Part shown: positions 51,870 to 64,000 of the stretch, piece after piece
How positions within the stretch are numbered: the stretch's first letter is position 1
Layout of the letters: every line of letters begins with the position of its first letter
NCBI RefSeq assembly: GCF_001194135.2
Contig: NC_068992.1
Span: 18,261,298-18,325,297, forward strand
DNA from: Octopus bimaculoides
Lineage: Eukaryota
Length of the DNA stretch: 64,000 bases
Reading direction: 5' to 3'
The notes under the pieces: model-generated
The model's database searches: none
What the model was told of the DNA's origin: nothing
What the model saw: only the letters and a program-made list of their open reading frames with translations
Program-made: the position numbers and the translations under genes

Positions 51870-52085
51870 ATGTAGGCCTCCGTGTTGAGACTGAGCCGTG
51901 TGGGGAAATGAATGGAGGAATAACGTCGCCATCACTAGTGATCTCTCCAAACACTCCACACACACGCACGCACACACACATGTATATATATATAATACCA
52001 ACATGATGTCATATGTCACATTTTGTACTCTGATGGGAACCAAATGAAGGCCCAGGAGATGGATGAACGTCAGTTCTAGATAAAT
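51870..52085 (-). pseudogene. DD37D (maT-like) transposase fragment split by a (TA/TG)n tract
   Basis: VPIRVQNVTYDIML, then the microsatellite, then VFGEITSDGDVIPPFISPHG/LSLNTEAY; same family pattern as 20237-20770. Confidence 0.72.
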
Positions 52086-54564
52086 GGGAAAAATATAGTT
52101 CTCTGACGAATACTTCATTGCAAACTTCCTACATTGTTACACAGTGAATGCTCAATGCGAATTTCTTATTGGTGCATTTGGGAATGATAATAATGATAGA
52201 AATAACTGTAGTATAAAATTATTCATTGTAAGATATGAAGTTTTCCTTTGAACAATAATTTCACTTCCAACTAAAAACCTCTTCTCCAGCCGTCCGTTAA
52301 ATATAAGTTTTGAGTTAGTCTGAGCATTGTCCAAGGTGCGATTTTAGTCATAACTCTCAGGAAAGAACGTGCGCAGGTGTAGAAATTGCAGGATAGAAGT
52401 GGTCCATCTTGATACGAAATATCAGTTTATATGTGATCAATAGTTAATCAGTTCAGTCCTGTTGTTCATTCGAGAGTGTTACAGTGATAGCAAAAATTAA
52501 ATAGCAAGTAATTTGTTTGAATTTCTGGAAAACAATGGCTGGAATAGCTTGTGCACAGCCATACTTATCATGGTGAGTTTCGAGAAACTAGTCACCATGG
52601 ACATTTACTTATTATTCTAGATGCGTAGACTTTACTTTCCACATTCTCTATGGCATTTCGGACATTTATTTTATGTTTACGTGCTCCATCAACACGAACA
52701 GAACTGCAGGATATATATAAGATTTCCCATTAAATGCTTCTTGTGCGTTTTTCTTATTGCAGAGATTTTACACTAAATTGCAGATGCTATTATGGAAGTA
52801 ATGAAATGTCAAACACGTACGATTTTCTTCTCAATTTGTCCGATGATAAAATCTTGTAAGACATTTCTCAATTAATTTCTTTCGAAGAAATGTGGCCAAG
52901 AATTAGATAAACACTGCAAAACAGGCAAATATCATTTGAATATAGATGGATTTTGTAGAATATTCTCAATATGGAAGATTTTAAAGCAACATGCCACACA
53001 GAAATGTGAATTGGACGCTAGATTGAATTGTTACGGAAAAGCCATATTTTCATTAATTTATGAATTAGGTTTCGATGCATTAATTAGGTCTTGTCTGATT
53101 CATGTCAATAACATAGCTTCCTTTTTAATTATATGCACAACCAATTATCAATGAAAGAAAGCGTCGTATATTGTATCACCGAGAGAATATTACTGGTAAA
53201 GTTTGATATCACGGTCGAATGTAAGGCAAACCAGACCTCGACTTGAACAGATATTACACACACACACATATATATATATATATAAATAATTTATTTAAGC
53301 AGCAGTTATATATATATATATATATATNNNNNNNNNNNNNNNNNNNNNNNNNNNNNNNNNNNNNNNNNNNNNNNNNNNNNNNNNNNNNNNNNNNNNNNNN
53401 NNNNNNNNNNNNNNNNNNNNNNNNNNNNNNNNNNNNNNNNNNNNNNNNNNNNNNNNNNNNNNNNNNNNNNNNNNNNNNNNNNNNNNNNNNNNNNNNNNNN
53501 NNNNNNNNNNNNNNNNNNNNNNNNNNNNNNNNNNNNNNNNNNNNNNNNNNNNNNNNNNNNNNNNNNNNNNNNNNNNNNNNNNNNNNNNNNNNNNNNNNNN
53601 NNNNNNNNNNNNNNNNNNNNNNNNNNNNNNNNNNNNNNNNNNNNNNNNNNNNNNNNNNNNNNNNNNNNNNNNNNNNNNNNNNNNNNNNNNNNNNNNNNNN
53701 NNNNNNNNNNNNNNNNNNNNNNNNNNNNNNNNNNNNNNNNNNNNNNNNNNNNNNNNNNNNNNNNNNNNNNNNNNNNNNNNNNNNNNNNNNNNNNNNNNNN
53801 NNNNNNNNNNNNNNNNNNNNNNNNNNNNNNNNNNNNNNNNNNNNNNNNNNNNNNNNNNNNNNNNNNNNNNNNNNNNNNNNNNNNNNNNNNNNNNNNNNNN
53901 NNNNNNNNNNNNNNNNNNNNNNNNNNNNNNNNNNNNNNNNNNNNNNNNNNNNNNNNNNNNNNNNNNNNNNNNNNNNNNNNNNNNNNNNNNNNNNNNNNNN
54001 NNNNNTATATATATATATATGTATATATTATTTATATTATTATATGATTGAACGCCACGCATCCTCTTCCAAGTAAGTTTTATGTTAATAATTCTGATGT
54101 GCAATCTATACGATCTTTTACTCTTTCATTTTTCTCTCTTTCTCAATCTTATTCTTTTATCTCATCTTCTCCCACTACTTCTATCCTATTACTCTATCTC
54201 TGTCTCCCTCACACCTCTTCCCTTGTTCACGTGGCTCCCACGTGACCATCGGCCATCTTACTTTTTTCTCCTAACTTGTGTTTCTTTCTATCTCCCCGTT
54301 GAAGCTTGAACGGGGAAGACGAACAAAAACAGCCAACAACTGATGTTCTTTATTTTCTTTCTCTTGCTTTGCGTTTGTGTCTTTCCTACTTAAAAAAAAT
54401 AGTTCATATTCCATGTATTTGTACTTCGTATTGTTTTGTTGTACACGTTTCATGACGTCCTGTGCCCACACATGCATATGTATATACGTATGTATATATG
54501 CGTATATATATATTATTTATAGTATATGTATATATGTATATATATGTACATATATACATACATG

Positions 54565-54596
<32 letters not shown>

Positions 54597-55094
54597 TATN
54601 NNNNNNNNNNNNNNNNNNNNNNNNNNNNNNNNNNNNNNNNNNNNNNNNNNNNNNNNNNNNNNNNNNNNNNNNNNNNNNNNNNNNNNNNNNNNNNNNNNNN
54701 NNNNNNNNNNNNNNNNNNNNNNNNNNNNNNNNNNNNNNNNNNNNNNNNNNNNNNNNNNNNNNNNNNNNNNNNNNNNNNNNNNNNNNNNNNNNNNNNNNNN
54801 NNNNNNNNNNNNNNNNNNNNNNNNNNNNNNNNNNNNNNNNNNNNNNNNNNNNNNNNNNNNNNNNNNNNNNNNNNNNNNNNNNNNNNNNNNNNNNNNNNNN
54901 NNNNNNNNNNNNNNNNNNNNNNNNNNNNNNNNNNNNNNNNNNNNNNNNNNNNNNNNNNNNNNNNNNNNNNNNNNNNNNNNNNNNNNNNNNNNNNNNNNNN
55001 NNNNNNNNNNNNNNNNNNNNNNNNNNNNNNNNNNNNNNNNNNNNNNNNNNNNNNNNNNNNNNNNNNNNNNNNNNNNNNNNNNNNNNNNNNNNNN

Positions 55095-55125
<31 letters not shown>

Positions 55126-55929
55126 ATGATTGCAAATATACATACATACTTATAAAGACATTCATTTTCACGCGTGCCTACGTTTTCCCTTTACACGATA
55201 TCCAATTTGGAGCGATTTGTGTCTGCTGCTTCAGCAGCCTCTCTGGGTGATATTGTTTCCCGAATTTTAAGCTAGTTTTATACATCAAATTTGCTCTATG
55301 AAGGGCATTGATTATATTGTTTTCTCCTTCAATAAGCTTTTATTTTAGCTGGCGGCATTTTAATTTTCGTGGGGTTGAAGTAATACGATATGTTGTCCTT
55401 GCTTTTATTAGTTAATAACATTTATCTCCTAAATGTTGCTGGCTGATATATATTCTTTTTTATTTCCCGGGTCAGCAATGACATAGAGCTACTAATATTT
55501 GCACTAGTTGCAATACCGATCACATCTAAAAATGAATTTATTTTGATGTCTGGGATGTAATATCATTTCATTTCATCTACTGATTATCTATATAATTAAC
55601 TGAAAACTACCTCCAAAAGAAATAATATCCATAGAACATTTAAGAACGTATCGGAGCAAACATCAGCAAGCTCAAAAACAAGATGTATATATGTACACAC
55701 GTTCTAGTATATATAACAGTCAAGTACTAGTATTCGATATCTCTTCACACTTAGATTCACATCGACGCTCCGAAGAGGAGCGTATAAGTGACATTAAATA
55801 TTGACATGTATTCCAAGAAATTGAGCAAGGAACGTATGTGTGCGTGTATGTTTCATTGTGTATCTCTGCTGCGCTCGAAGATAATAAATTATGCCTGTAC
55901 ATTTTAAGTCCATTATCTTCCAATCATTG

Positions 55930-56370
55930 GCATGCTATTGAAAATCTGGTGGCTTTTGAAAGCTAAGCTTTTGCAGTATGTTTCCTCACGTTTGATGAGA
56001 TGGGTTGCATCTTCCGGATTATGAAATAGCTGCCAATTCAAAGAATAACATAGCTGTCAAAACCGAAGATTCGATATCCAAAGATCATCCATAAATATAT
56101 ATTATTACACCAATCCCATTTTCTGTACTTTGTAGAGATTCAGCTCCTTCAATCTCTCCAAATAGCCTAGTTTTATTGACGCGATTATCTCTGTTAAATC
56201 AGGATGGATTGCATCTAGGTCCTCTGTGAAATTATTACTGCTTCTGCGCATATAGGATTCCATACCTAGACGACTGAGGAAAAATGTTTGCTATACGAGA
56301 CGTGTAGTCACTTGATCCCTCCTACTAAATCCATCCTGGCATTTTGTTGCACATCGTTGTCATCGGGGGA
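55930..56370 (-). pseudogene. CR1/L2-like LINE RT C-terminal relic
   Basis: Minus strand V*VWNP, GYLERLKELNLYKVQK (L.Y.ERLK.LNL.SL) and FKSHQIFNSMP (GP.LFN.LP). Confidence 0.65.
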
Positions 56371-56642
56371 AAGTTTATATATGACAAATTGCATAATTGC
56401 TCTTATATGCTCCTAGATCGTAAAATATCTCTGGCTGTACAATCGCACTCCCTATAGTTCACGCGTAACGTGGTTAGAGAATTTTGTCAGCTGTTAAGAA
56501 ACTGATTAAAATTTCACAGCGTTAAATTACACGTCATTTTCTGGTTATTCTTTTTTGTAGATTGTATTGAAATTTCGATGTAGGATGCGATACATACATG
56601 CATATATACATACATACATACATACATACTTACATACATACA

Positions 56643-56740
<98 letters not shown>

Positions 56741-56880
56741 ATAATAATAATAATAACAACAATAATATATACATATATATTTGTGTGTGTGCATACATAT
56801 AAGCATGTGTGTGTATGTGCGTATATGTGTGAGCATGTATATATGCATAAATTTGTATGTATGTGTACACACACACACAC

Positions 56881-56911
<31 letters not shown>

Positions 56912-56921
56912 NNNNNNNNNN

Positions 56922-56960
<39 letters not shown>

Positions 56961-57635
56961 ACACACAGAAGAACACATACACATAGACATAAAGACACAC
57001 ATATATTTATATATATCTTGTAAATTTGCATAGAATCTAAAAACGAGAAGTTAGATATTAAAATATTCCATGAATGTTGTCGGAAACGGTTGCTTTTAAT
57101 AAAGTCGTGAGTAAAGTTTTCATAAAATAAAATAAAATATAAATCAAAAATAACGAATTGATTTCGTGTTAACTTATTCAAATATTTGCAGAAATCAAAT
57201 TTTACAACTGAATAAGCGAGTTATTAGATGTCTGAAATATCTCATGTATGATATTGATCTTTTTTACTCATATTAGGCATTAATATTTCATTAATTTTAA
57301 ATGTATAATATGTCATTGCACCCGTTATAAGCACTGATTTAAGATAGGGAAGTGAAACAAACCCACGGGCGCCATTGAGCCTTTTTTTCTGTTTTGTTCC
57401 GTCTTAAATGTTGTGCTTATAGCTATTAAAATGGTGAGTATCGCTTTGCATGAATATATGAATATTAGCAGGTTTCTTTTTCTTACACATGAATCAGTTG
57501 AAATAAATAAATAAAAAAAATAATAATAATGATGACGATGACAACGACGGTGAAGATGATACTAAAAAACAAGTACAACGACAACAGAAATAATAAAATT
57601 TAAGTACTAATAATAATCCTCAATCCTTTCTGCTA

Positions 57636-57752
57636 AAACCACAAGGCCTGAAATTTTGGGGTGGGGACTAGTCGATCATATCGATCTCAGTGTTTTACTC
57701 GTACTTAATGTATCGTCCCCGAAAGAAATGAAAGGTAAAATCGACCTTATGG
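57636..57752 (-). mobile_element. SINE family A fragment
   Basis: CACAAGGCCTGAAATTTTGGGG..GTCGATCATATCGATC..GTACTTAAT..CCCCGAAAG..GAAAGGTAAAATCGACC. Confidence 0.75.
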
Positions 57753-57764
57753 TAAATCAGTGCC

Positions 57765-58015
57765 GATGTCGTCATCATGTACCATACGCCCTGCAGCGCT
57801 TTGAGGGCACTACAACGAAAACGTTCGCGATTAAGCGCGAGTTTTCCAACAGCCTTACCACTTTTGTTAAGTCAGCCGATGTTATTGTCCACCCATTGCG
57901 TTCTTTGCCTGCCTGTTGATCTACTTACTACTCCCTACGATTATCTTTTCTACCCATCTGCTTCTTCGAATATGGCCATAATAGATGAACTTTTGTCTTC
58001 TCAGTGTATTCGAGA
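57765..58015 (-). pseudogene. RTE-clade LINE 3' relic
   Basis: NTLRRQKFIYYGHIRRSRWVEKIIVG followed by GRQRTQWVDN..LALNRERFR (YFGHI.R; GR.R.RW.DNI; LA.DR..WR). Confidence 0.75.
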
Positions 58016-58192
58016 TAATAATATCTTATACACATGCAAAATATGAAGTTAAAAGACAACAAGAAGCTTCGTTTTCGTTAGTTTAAAGACACATACATAC
58101 ACGTACGCAGATAATCTTGACTGAATACTATAATTTTAAAGCAAGTTTAGAAATAAAAATGGCTCATTTGCTGGAGGAGGTGTGTTAATACT

Positions 58193-58385
58193 GATTTCGA
58201 ATTTCGGCATATGTCCAGCAATTTCGAGGGAGTAGTTTGTATCAATTACGACGCCCCCACCGCTCAACTGGTGCTTATTGTATCAGATCTGTTATGATGA
58301 AAGGCTAAGTGGAACTCGGAATGTAAAGACGGACGAAATGCCGCCAAGCATTTGCTAGGCGCGGTAATGATTATGTCATCTGGAC
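58193..58385 (-). mobile_element. SINE family A, diverged
   Basis: CAACTGGTGCTTATT..GATGAAAGGC..GGAACTCGGAATGTAAAGACGGACGAAATGCCGCCAAGCATT. Confidence 0.75.
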
Positions 58386-58500
58386 ACCTCGAGGTTAATA
58401 TTGATTACAGAACAAAATGTACAAAACTAGAGTTGAGTGGGAGTTATACAGCTCGCCTATAGTCATGTGATAACAAAAAAGCCTGAGCTACACATTTTAC

Positions 58501-60055
58501 TATATATACTGACAAACGCTATATATACTCACAAACACTATATATACTCACAAACACTATATATACTCACAAACACTATATATACTTACAAACAATATAT
58601 ATACTCACAAACACTATATATACTCACAAACACTATATATTCTTACAAACAATATATATACTCACAAACACTATATATACTCACAAACACTATATATACT
58701 CACAAACACTATATATACTTACACACACTATATATACTCACAAACACTATATATACTGACAAACAATATATATACTCACAAACACTATATATANNNNNNN
58801 NNNNNNNNNNNNNNNNNNNNNNNNNNNNNNNNNNNNNNNNNNNNNNNNNNNNNNNNNNNNNNNNNNNNNNNNNNNNNNNNNNNNNNNNNNNNNNNNNNNN
58901 NNNNNNNNNNNNNNNNNNNNNNNNNNNNNNNNNNNNNNNNNNNNNNNNNNNNNNNNNNNNNNNNNNNNNNNNNNNNNNNNNNNNNNNNNNNNNNNNNNNN
59001 NNNNNNNNNNNNNNNNNNNNNNNNNNNNNNNNNNNNNNNNNNNNNNNNNNNNNNNNNNNNNNNNNNNNNNNNNNNNNNNNNNNNNNNNNNNNNNNNNNNN
59101 NNNNNNNNNNNNNNNNNNNNNNNNNNNNNNNNNNNNNNNNNNNNNNNNNNNNNNNNNNNNNNNNNNNNNNNNNNNNNNNNNNNNNNNNNNNNNNNNNNNN
59201 NNNNNNNNNNNNNNNNNNNNNNNNNNNNNNNNNNNNNNNNNNNNNNNNNNNNNNNNNNNNNNNNNNNNNNNNNNNNNNNNNNNNNNNNNNNNNNNNNNNN
59301 NNNNNNNNNNNNNNNNNNNNNNNNNNNNNNNNNNNNNNNNNNNNNNNNNNNNNNNNNNNNNNNNNNNNNNNNNNNNNNNNNNNNNNNNNNNNNNNNNNNN
59401 NNNNNNNNNNNNNNNNNNNNNNNNNNNNNNNNNNNNNNNNNNNNNNNNNNNNNNNNNNNNNNNNNNNNNNNNNNNNNNNNNNNNNNNNNNNNNNNNNNNN
59501 NNNNNNNNNNNNNNNNNNNNNNNNNNNNNNNNNNNNNNNNNNNNNNNNNNNNNNNNNNNNNNNNNNNNNNNNNNNNNNNNNNNNNNNNNNNNNNNNNNNN
59601 NNNNNNNNNNNNNNNNNNNNNNNNNNNNNNNNNNNNNNNNNNNNNNNNNNNNNNNNNNNNNNNNNNNNNNNNNNNNNNNNNNNNNNNNNNNNNNNNNNNN
59701 NNNNNNNNNNNNNNNNNNNNNNNCTATATATACTCACAAACACTATATATACTCACAAACACTATATATACTCACAAACACTATATATACTGACAAACAC
59801 TATATATACTCACAAACACTATATATATATACTCACAAACACTATATATACTCACAAACACTATATATACTCACAAACACTATATATACTCACAAACACT
59901 ATATATACTCACAAACACTATATATACTTACACACACTATATATACTCACAAACACTATATATACTGACAAACAATATATATACTCACAAACACTATATA
60001 TATATACTCACAAACACTATATATACTCACAAACACTATATATACTCACAAACAC
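58501..60055. repeat. 19-bp minisatellite (CTCACAAACACTATATATA)n spanning a gap
   Basis: Tandem units on both sides of gap 58794-59723 with variant units; explains ORF 58437-60227. Confidence 0.95.
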
Positions 60056-61949
60056 TCGCACATATATATCTATATACATATATTTACAAATTCACACAAC
60101 TTCTCCGCTGCACTTAGTACGCAAACATACATTAAAGTGCTCCACACGCGTTTATGTGCGTGTTGCATTGCAGCATATATGCACAAGAGCCGGCATGGCT
60201 GATTCACATACATTAGAAATATTGTAGTCCATAAATAAAATAATGAGCGGGCAAGTTCATGCCTGCATGTCATATTGCGCACATAACCACCGACGAAGTT
60301 GATATATAAATCTCATTCAAACTAATGTCATTTTAGTTGATTTCTGATATTCAAACTCAATAGAACCTTCTTAATAGTTCACCATTTAGTGAGTTTTACA
60401 ATATGGATTGTATAATTAACGATCAGTTTAATATCAAATATATTTCACCCTACATTAATACTGATCTAAACGATATTATTCCTTAATGGGTTTTCGGTTC
60501 ATAGTTAAGTCTAAGGCTAACTCAATTTAAATGCTTCTTGAATACGGGCTTTTATTTAGATGCTCATTCTCATTTAATGCGATATTAACGCTTCAAATTA
60601 TTGCCAAGGGTTATTCGAGAGAATGTAGAGAAACGTATGAGTGTTATTCTAAATTTCAACTTATCAATCACTTTAGAAAACTGGAGTACAGAATAAAATA
60701 CATATGAATATACTTAATGCATGCTCGTCAAATTCTATAAGTAGATATTTTAATATGTGCAGTTTTAAGTAATGTGCGAAAAATCTAATATGCGTCATTA
60801 TTAATTGGGCTGTATCATTCATTATAAAATAGATATGACCCTGTCAAAGCACTGAAACGTTGCCCAGTACTCTTAGCCGAAGTAGACGTAGAATCTTAAT
60901 GTCGGCTGATAATATTGTTTATGTTAAACCCGGGACAGCCTTTGTCAGATATGCTCATGATGGGTGTTATGTAAAATAAAGACCCCCGAACTTTTCCCAC
61001 ACGTTATATCTAGGCCCAGAAAGCAGTTATTCTTGTCATTCAACTAAGGAAAGTGAGTCCTTTGAAAGCTCGCGTAAACCAGGATGATTAGCTATAATTT
61101 AGCAACCTACTCTCATAAAGAGAAGAAGAAAACTCTGAACACAATTTGTTCAAAATTATTATACAAAACATCAGTCGTATGATAATGGCGTGCACACAAC
61201 TACTGCAAATATGTCAATTCTCTTTAGAATTAAGATGCAGTTCAATATCGTCATTGACAATAACTATATGGACTGTCTTAGAATGTTTTGGTGGTAAATC
61301 ATGATTTCACTGTAGACAGTATAGAAATAGATATGGTGCATCTATACTAGACATAAATGAAGTAGAGAGTGAAGTAGAAATGGAGCGTTAACCGTTCGTT
61401 GTGGAGAAGACAAGCTCTTTAAAAACTTATTAACAGGTGAGGAAGCTGTATCGAATAAAATCATCATATCACATCTGAAAATAAATCATGCTAATTAAAC
61501 TTCGTGCAAGTCTGGTTGAAGAGAAAAGTTTCTGATGACAAAACATAATAAGAATTTTAATATCAGTTGAATATCACATTAGAGGGATTATCTAAACATT
61601 GCATTATAACTGTTACAGTTGACTTTAATGTAGAATTATAAGTGAGATATGCATTGTCGTGGGAACGTCTTGGAATATTCCTGTGAAGGGTGTTAAAGAT
61701 GGAAGTATCATGACTGTTCGATGTTATTGGTGCCAAAGATATTATCTGCTTAATCGAAATGTTCTTTGAGTTGATATATGCGGAAGCTTAGTTACCCGAG
61801 TAGTAACTATGAAAATGAGATCGATTTCAAATGTATGATGAAAAAAGATTATGAAAAATATGATCGCAATTCGTCTGTATTCATGGTAAAGCACACACTG
61901 GCGCAAGTCAATACGAGGTGAAGTTAATCGAGGAGATCGAGCTCAAGGC

Positions 61950-62260
61950 AGAATAAATGATAATGATCTAAAAACAATCAAATCCTTTTGACATTAGCAA
62001 ACTTAACGAAGATGACAACAGGCACTTCAGATTGATCTTATCGACTGATATGCAGCATTAAAAGCGAAACCAATCCTAAATAATATATTCAGAGACATTA
62101 CAGTTGAGACAACCGGTAATTGAACGTAGAGAAAAATAGACTAACCTAGTGACCAGGAGATAACGGTCGAGACATGTGATGCTATCCATAAACTTCGAAA
62201 ACAAGAAGAAAAGAACGATGCCACACATGTGAAATGCAGGTATTAAGAACTACACTGAGA
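61950..62260 (+). pseudogene. Possible RTE-like LINE linker relic
   Basis: FDISKLNEDDNRHFRLILS and EITVETCDAIHKLRKQEEK resemble the post-endonuclease linker (FDI.KL; WIT.ET...I..R..K). Heavily decayed. Confidence 0.4.
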
Positions 62261-62978
62261 AGTAAAGAAAAAAAAATTAATGTTACTGCGAAGATAGACA
62301 AAATTGTGTTGGAAACGAATAACCAAAGAGAGTTTCTATAAGAAATTATTCAAGAATTGTATATAATATTTTAAAGTAGGTATAAGAATATGGAAGCAGC
62401 AATAGAAGGGTGCTTGTAATATGTAATTGTGACATGGATGTCAGAAGTTGTTGGAAAAAAACCCCACCCACCCCCATGAATAAAAGATAAACTGGTGAAT
62501 ATTTCAGAGCGCTAAATCCACCTAAATCTAATGAGGTTTTACATCTGACGGCTAGTTTAAATAGTACTCACATAGAGTTTGAAATCACGTCGAAAGGAGT
62601 GTGCAAAACACTAAATAAGAAAGCCTGATGTTACTAGGGCGACACACACAAGATCGCAAAGCGAGCTTCTTTAAAAACACTTCTATTGTTTGTATGTATG
62701 TATGTATGTATCTATCTATCTATATATTCATCTATTTCATCTATCTACATATTCACACAGACACACACAGAATTAAAATCCTTCTCTACTTTCATGTATA
62801 TATGTGAGTGTGTGTGTATGTATATATACATGTTTATATGTATATCAAGACCAGTCCGTTTGGTAATTTAGCCTAGTTCTTGGGTCTTCCTCTTGTGACC
62901 TTAAGTCTTCGACTAGAAACGGTTGCAAATTCTGTAGTGTATTCATGGAATTCGCTATTAGTGATATATGTACTTGTC

Positions 62979-63210
62979 GGGACGCAATTGTCCAGTGGTT
63001 AGGGTAGCAGACTTCCGGTCATGTGATCATGGTTTCGATTCTCAGACTGGGCGTTGTGAGTGTTTATTGAGCGAAAACACCTAAAGCTCCACGAGGCTCC
63101 GGCAGGGGATGGTGGCGAACCTAGCTGTACTCTTTCACTACAACTTTCTCTCACTCTTTCTTCGTGTTTCTGTTGTACCTGTATTTCAAAGGGTCAGTCT
63201 TGTCACACTC
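62979..63210 (+). mobile_element. tRNA-derived SINE, family D
   Basis: A-box-like GTCCAGTGGTTAGGG and B-box GGTTTCGATTCTC about 35 nt downstream, then TTGAGCGAAAACACC (CORE-like). Confidence 0.75.
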
Positions 63211-64000
63211 TTAAGCTAGCTCCTGTGGACCTTGGATATATTCTCCGCACTGGAAGCTCTCCTCGCTGCCGTTTGATCGAGGTTTTTATTTGTATGGATC
63301 TTTCTTTTCCTTCTCAGCAGCCTTGGCTCTTTTGATTGCAATCTGGTCCTCTGTTGGCGGAGATTTATTTTTGCGAAGCACACTGCTGCCGTATGCAATA
63401 AGCAACCATACACTTACCTTATAAAAAAGTTCAACGTTAATTCTCCTGCCGCCACATAATCAAATACCAGTTTGATGTACGTAGAGCCTTACTTTTCGTA
63501 CAAACAATTATTTTTAGTAGCTGGTACATATCTAAACTCCTATTCGAAAACTATACTACTGTCGTAAAGCACTATTTTAAAGTTCGATCTTTATGGTTTA
63601 GAATTGCTCTAAATGTATTTGACGATAACGATGTTTCAAATGGAATATATTTTAGTATTTTTTACGGAAATAATAAAATTAGTCTAAACTTTTTCCATCC
63701 AGTCGGCGTGCGCTAAATTTCCATAGCTCCGTTGGTTGACGACAATAAAATAGGCCCGACAAATGTTATTAATATCTGAAAGGTTTCCAACATTTTTATG
63801 GTAGAGAGTTATGAGATGTAATATTGTATGAGAGAGTGAGTTCAATATGTATTTTAGTTCCGAACGTTATGAAGCACGTGTTATGGTTAAATTATTTGAT
63901 ACAGTTATAAAATTTAGAGAAAGATTCTTTGAAAATGCTTATTTTGGAAATTACTTTTGGAAATAGTTATAATATTTAGAGAAATATTTTTTTCAAAATG

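Noticed and set aside
58437-60227. 596-aa repetitive ORF, or a CRISPR-like array
   Set aside because: It is the 19-bp minisatellite plus a gap; there are no unique spacers and no cas genes.
63437-63480. Kinase-like LVFDYVAAGEL peptide
   Set aside because: There is an in-frame stop just upstream, the acceptor is poor, and no other kinase motifs occur nearby.

Overview
AT-rich, repeat-saturated eukaryotic draft sequence with 20 N-gaps (about 8.1 kb), most of them next to (TA)n, (CA)n or triplet microsatellites. The SINE families and microsatellite style look like an octopus (cephalopod) genome; that assignment is from recognition, not a search. No intact protein-coding gene, rRNA, tRNA gene or CRISPR array can be supported, and nearly all ORF-track entries are microsatellite or gap artefacts. 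Supported content: (i) many tRNA-derived SINEs in at least four families; (ii) decayed Tc1/mariner transposases (DD41D, DD37D, mariner HTH) and MITEs; (iii) five Penelope-like element (PLE) coding relics plus R4/Dong, CR1/L2 and RTE LINE relics; (iv) a 19-bp minisatellite and a loopless ~200-bp palindrome. The most interesting feature is at 7.6-8.1 kb: a tRNA-like Pol III head fused through (AAT)n to a tail carrying a minimal type-I hammerhead ribozyme, with a second inverted hammerhead tail joined to its 5' end, directly upstream of a PLE relic. A second hammerhead-like family with a non-canonical core (CUGUNGA) occurs at 39.9 and 44.6 kb. A promoter-like motif cluster with a possible first exon lies at about 30.2 kb (low confidence).
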